Shown in pieces: positions 63,728 to 64,000 of a stretch of 64,000 bases of DNA. Both the position numbers and the translations under genes were made by a program. A model generated the notes under the pieces. That model did no database searches, was not told the origin of the DNA, and was given only the letters and a program-made list of their open reading frames with translations. How positions within the stretch are numbered: the stretch's first letter is position 1; each line of letters starts with the position of its first letter. The stretch is from an uncultured bacterium. GTDB lineage: Bacteria; Oederibacteriota; JAAXVQ01; JAUVAV01. Location: contig CAVQBK010000003.1 of the NCBI GenBank assembly GCA_963710755.1, forward strand, positions 256,001-320,000. Direction: 5' to 3'.

Positions 63728-64000
63728 ATGAAATTTTTAAAATATTTATTATGGTCCTTGCTCTCCCTGATGTTGACCGTTCCTATAGCCCGGGCCGCTG
63801 ATACCTTGAATGGCGCCGGTGCCTCTTTCCCTTATCCTGTTTATTCAGCTTGGGCCTATGAATACAATCAAGCCACGGGTGTTCAAGTAAATTATCAATC
63901 CATTGGTTCCGGTGGTGGGGTTAAGCAAATTACGGCCCGCACCGTGGATTTTGGCGCTTCCGATGCCCCGCTGACCGCGGAAGTGTTAAATCAAGAGCAC
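63728..64000 (+). CDS. pstS: Phosphate ABC transporter substrate-binding protein (5' part, runs off the window)
   Basis: Translated by hand: signal peptide, then [13 protein letters not shown]...[15 protein letters not shown]...VDFGASD. Confidence 0.95.
   Translation, partial: MKFLKYLLWSLLSLMLTVPIARAADTLNGAGASFPYPVYSAWAYEYNQATGVQVNYQSIGSGGGVKQITARTVDFGASDAPLTAEVLNQEH

Overview
A bacterial chromosomal window that contains the replication origin. Genes left of ~47.5 kb are mostly on the minus strand and the core genes to the right are on the plus strand. The core block is gyrA<-dnaN<-dnaA | rpmH-rnpA-yidD-yidC-jag-mnmE-parS-parS-rsmG, followed by recF-dciA-gyrB-serS and two tRNA-Ser genes. It is rearranged relative to the usual order, lacks mnmG and parAB, and is clearly more AT-rich than its flanks. 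The origin looks bipartite, with a B. subtilis-like unwinding element (box-box-GGCCC-trios) built from unusual TTATYAACA-type boxes. The left part carries a HepT/MntA toxin-antitoxin pair, a MoxR/Bat operon split into two pieces 25 kb apart, three secreted proteins with T9SS-like C-terminal domains, and housekeeping or signalling genes. Best leads: (1) a gingipain-like C25 protease whose propeptide is a separate gene with its own signal peptide; (2) a 14 x 43-bp spacerless tandem array starting at the batA stop codon; (3) a membrane pseudo-histidine kinase (His to Glu, degenerate ATP boxes) directly downstream of gyrA; (4) Bat fusion proteins that keep internal signal-peptide-like segments; (5) an adenylate cyclase-TM-SH3b protein next to a lytic transglycosylase; (6) 54-bp repeats of a tRNA-Ser 3' end. 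All family calls are by motif recognition only and no database search was run. A diderm, non-Bacteroidota lineage is an inference.
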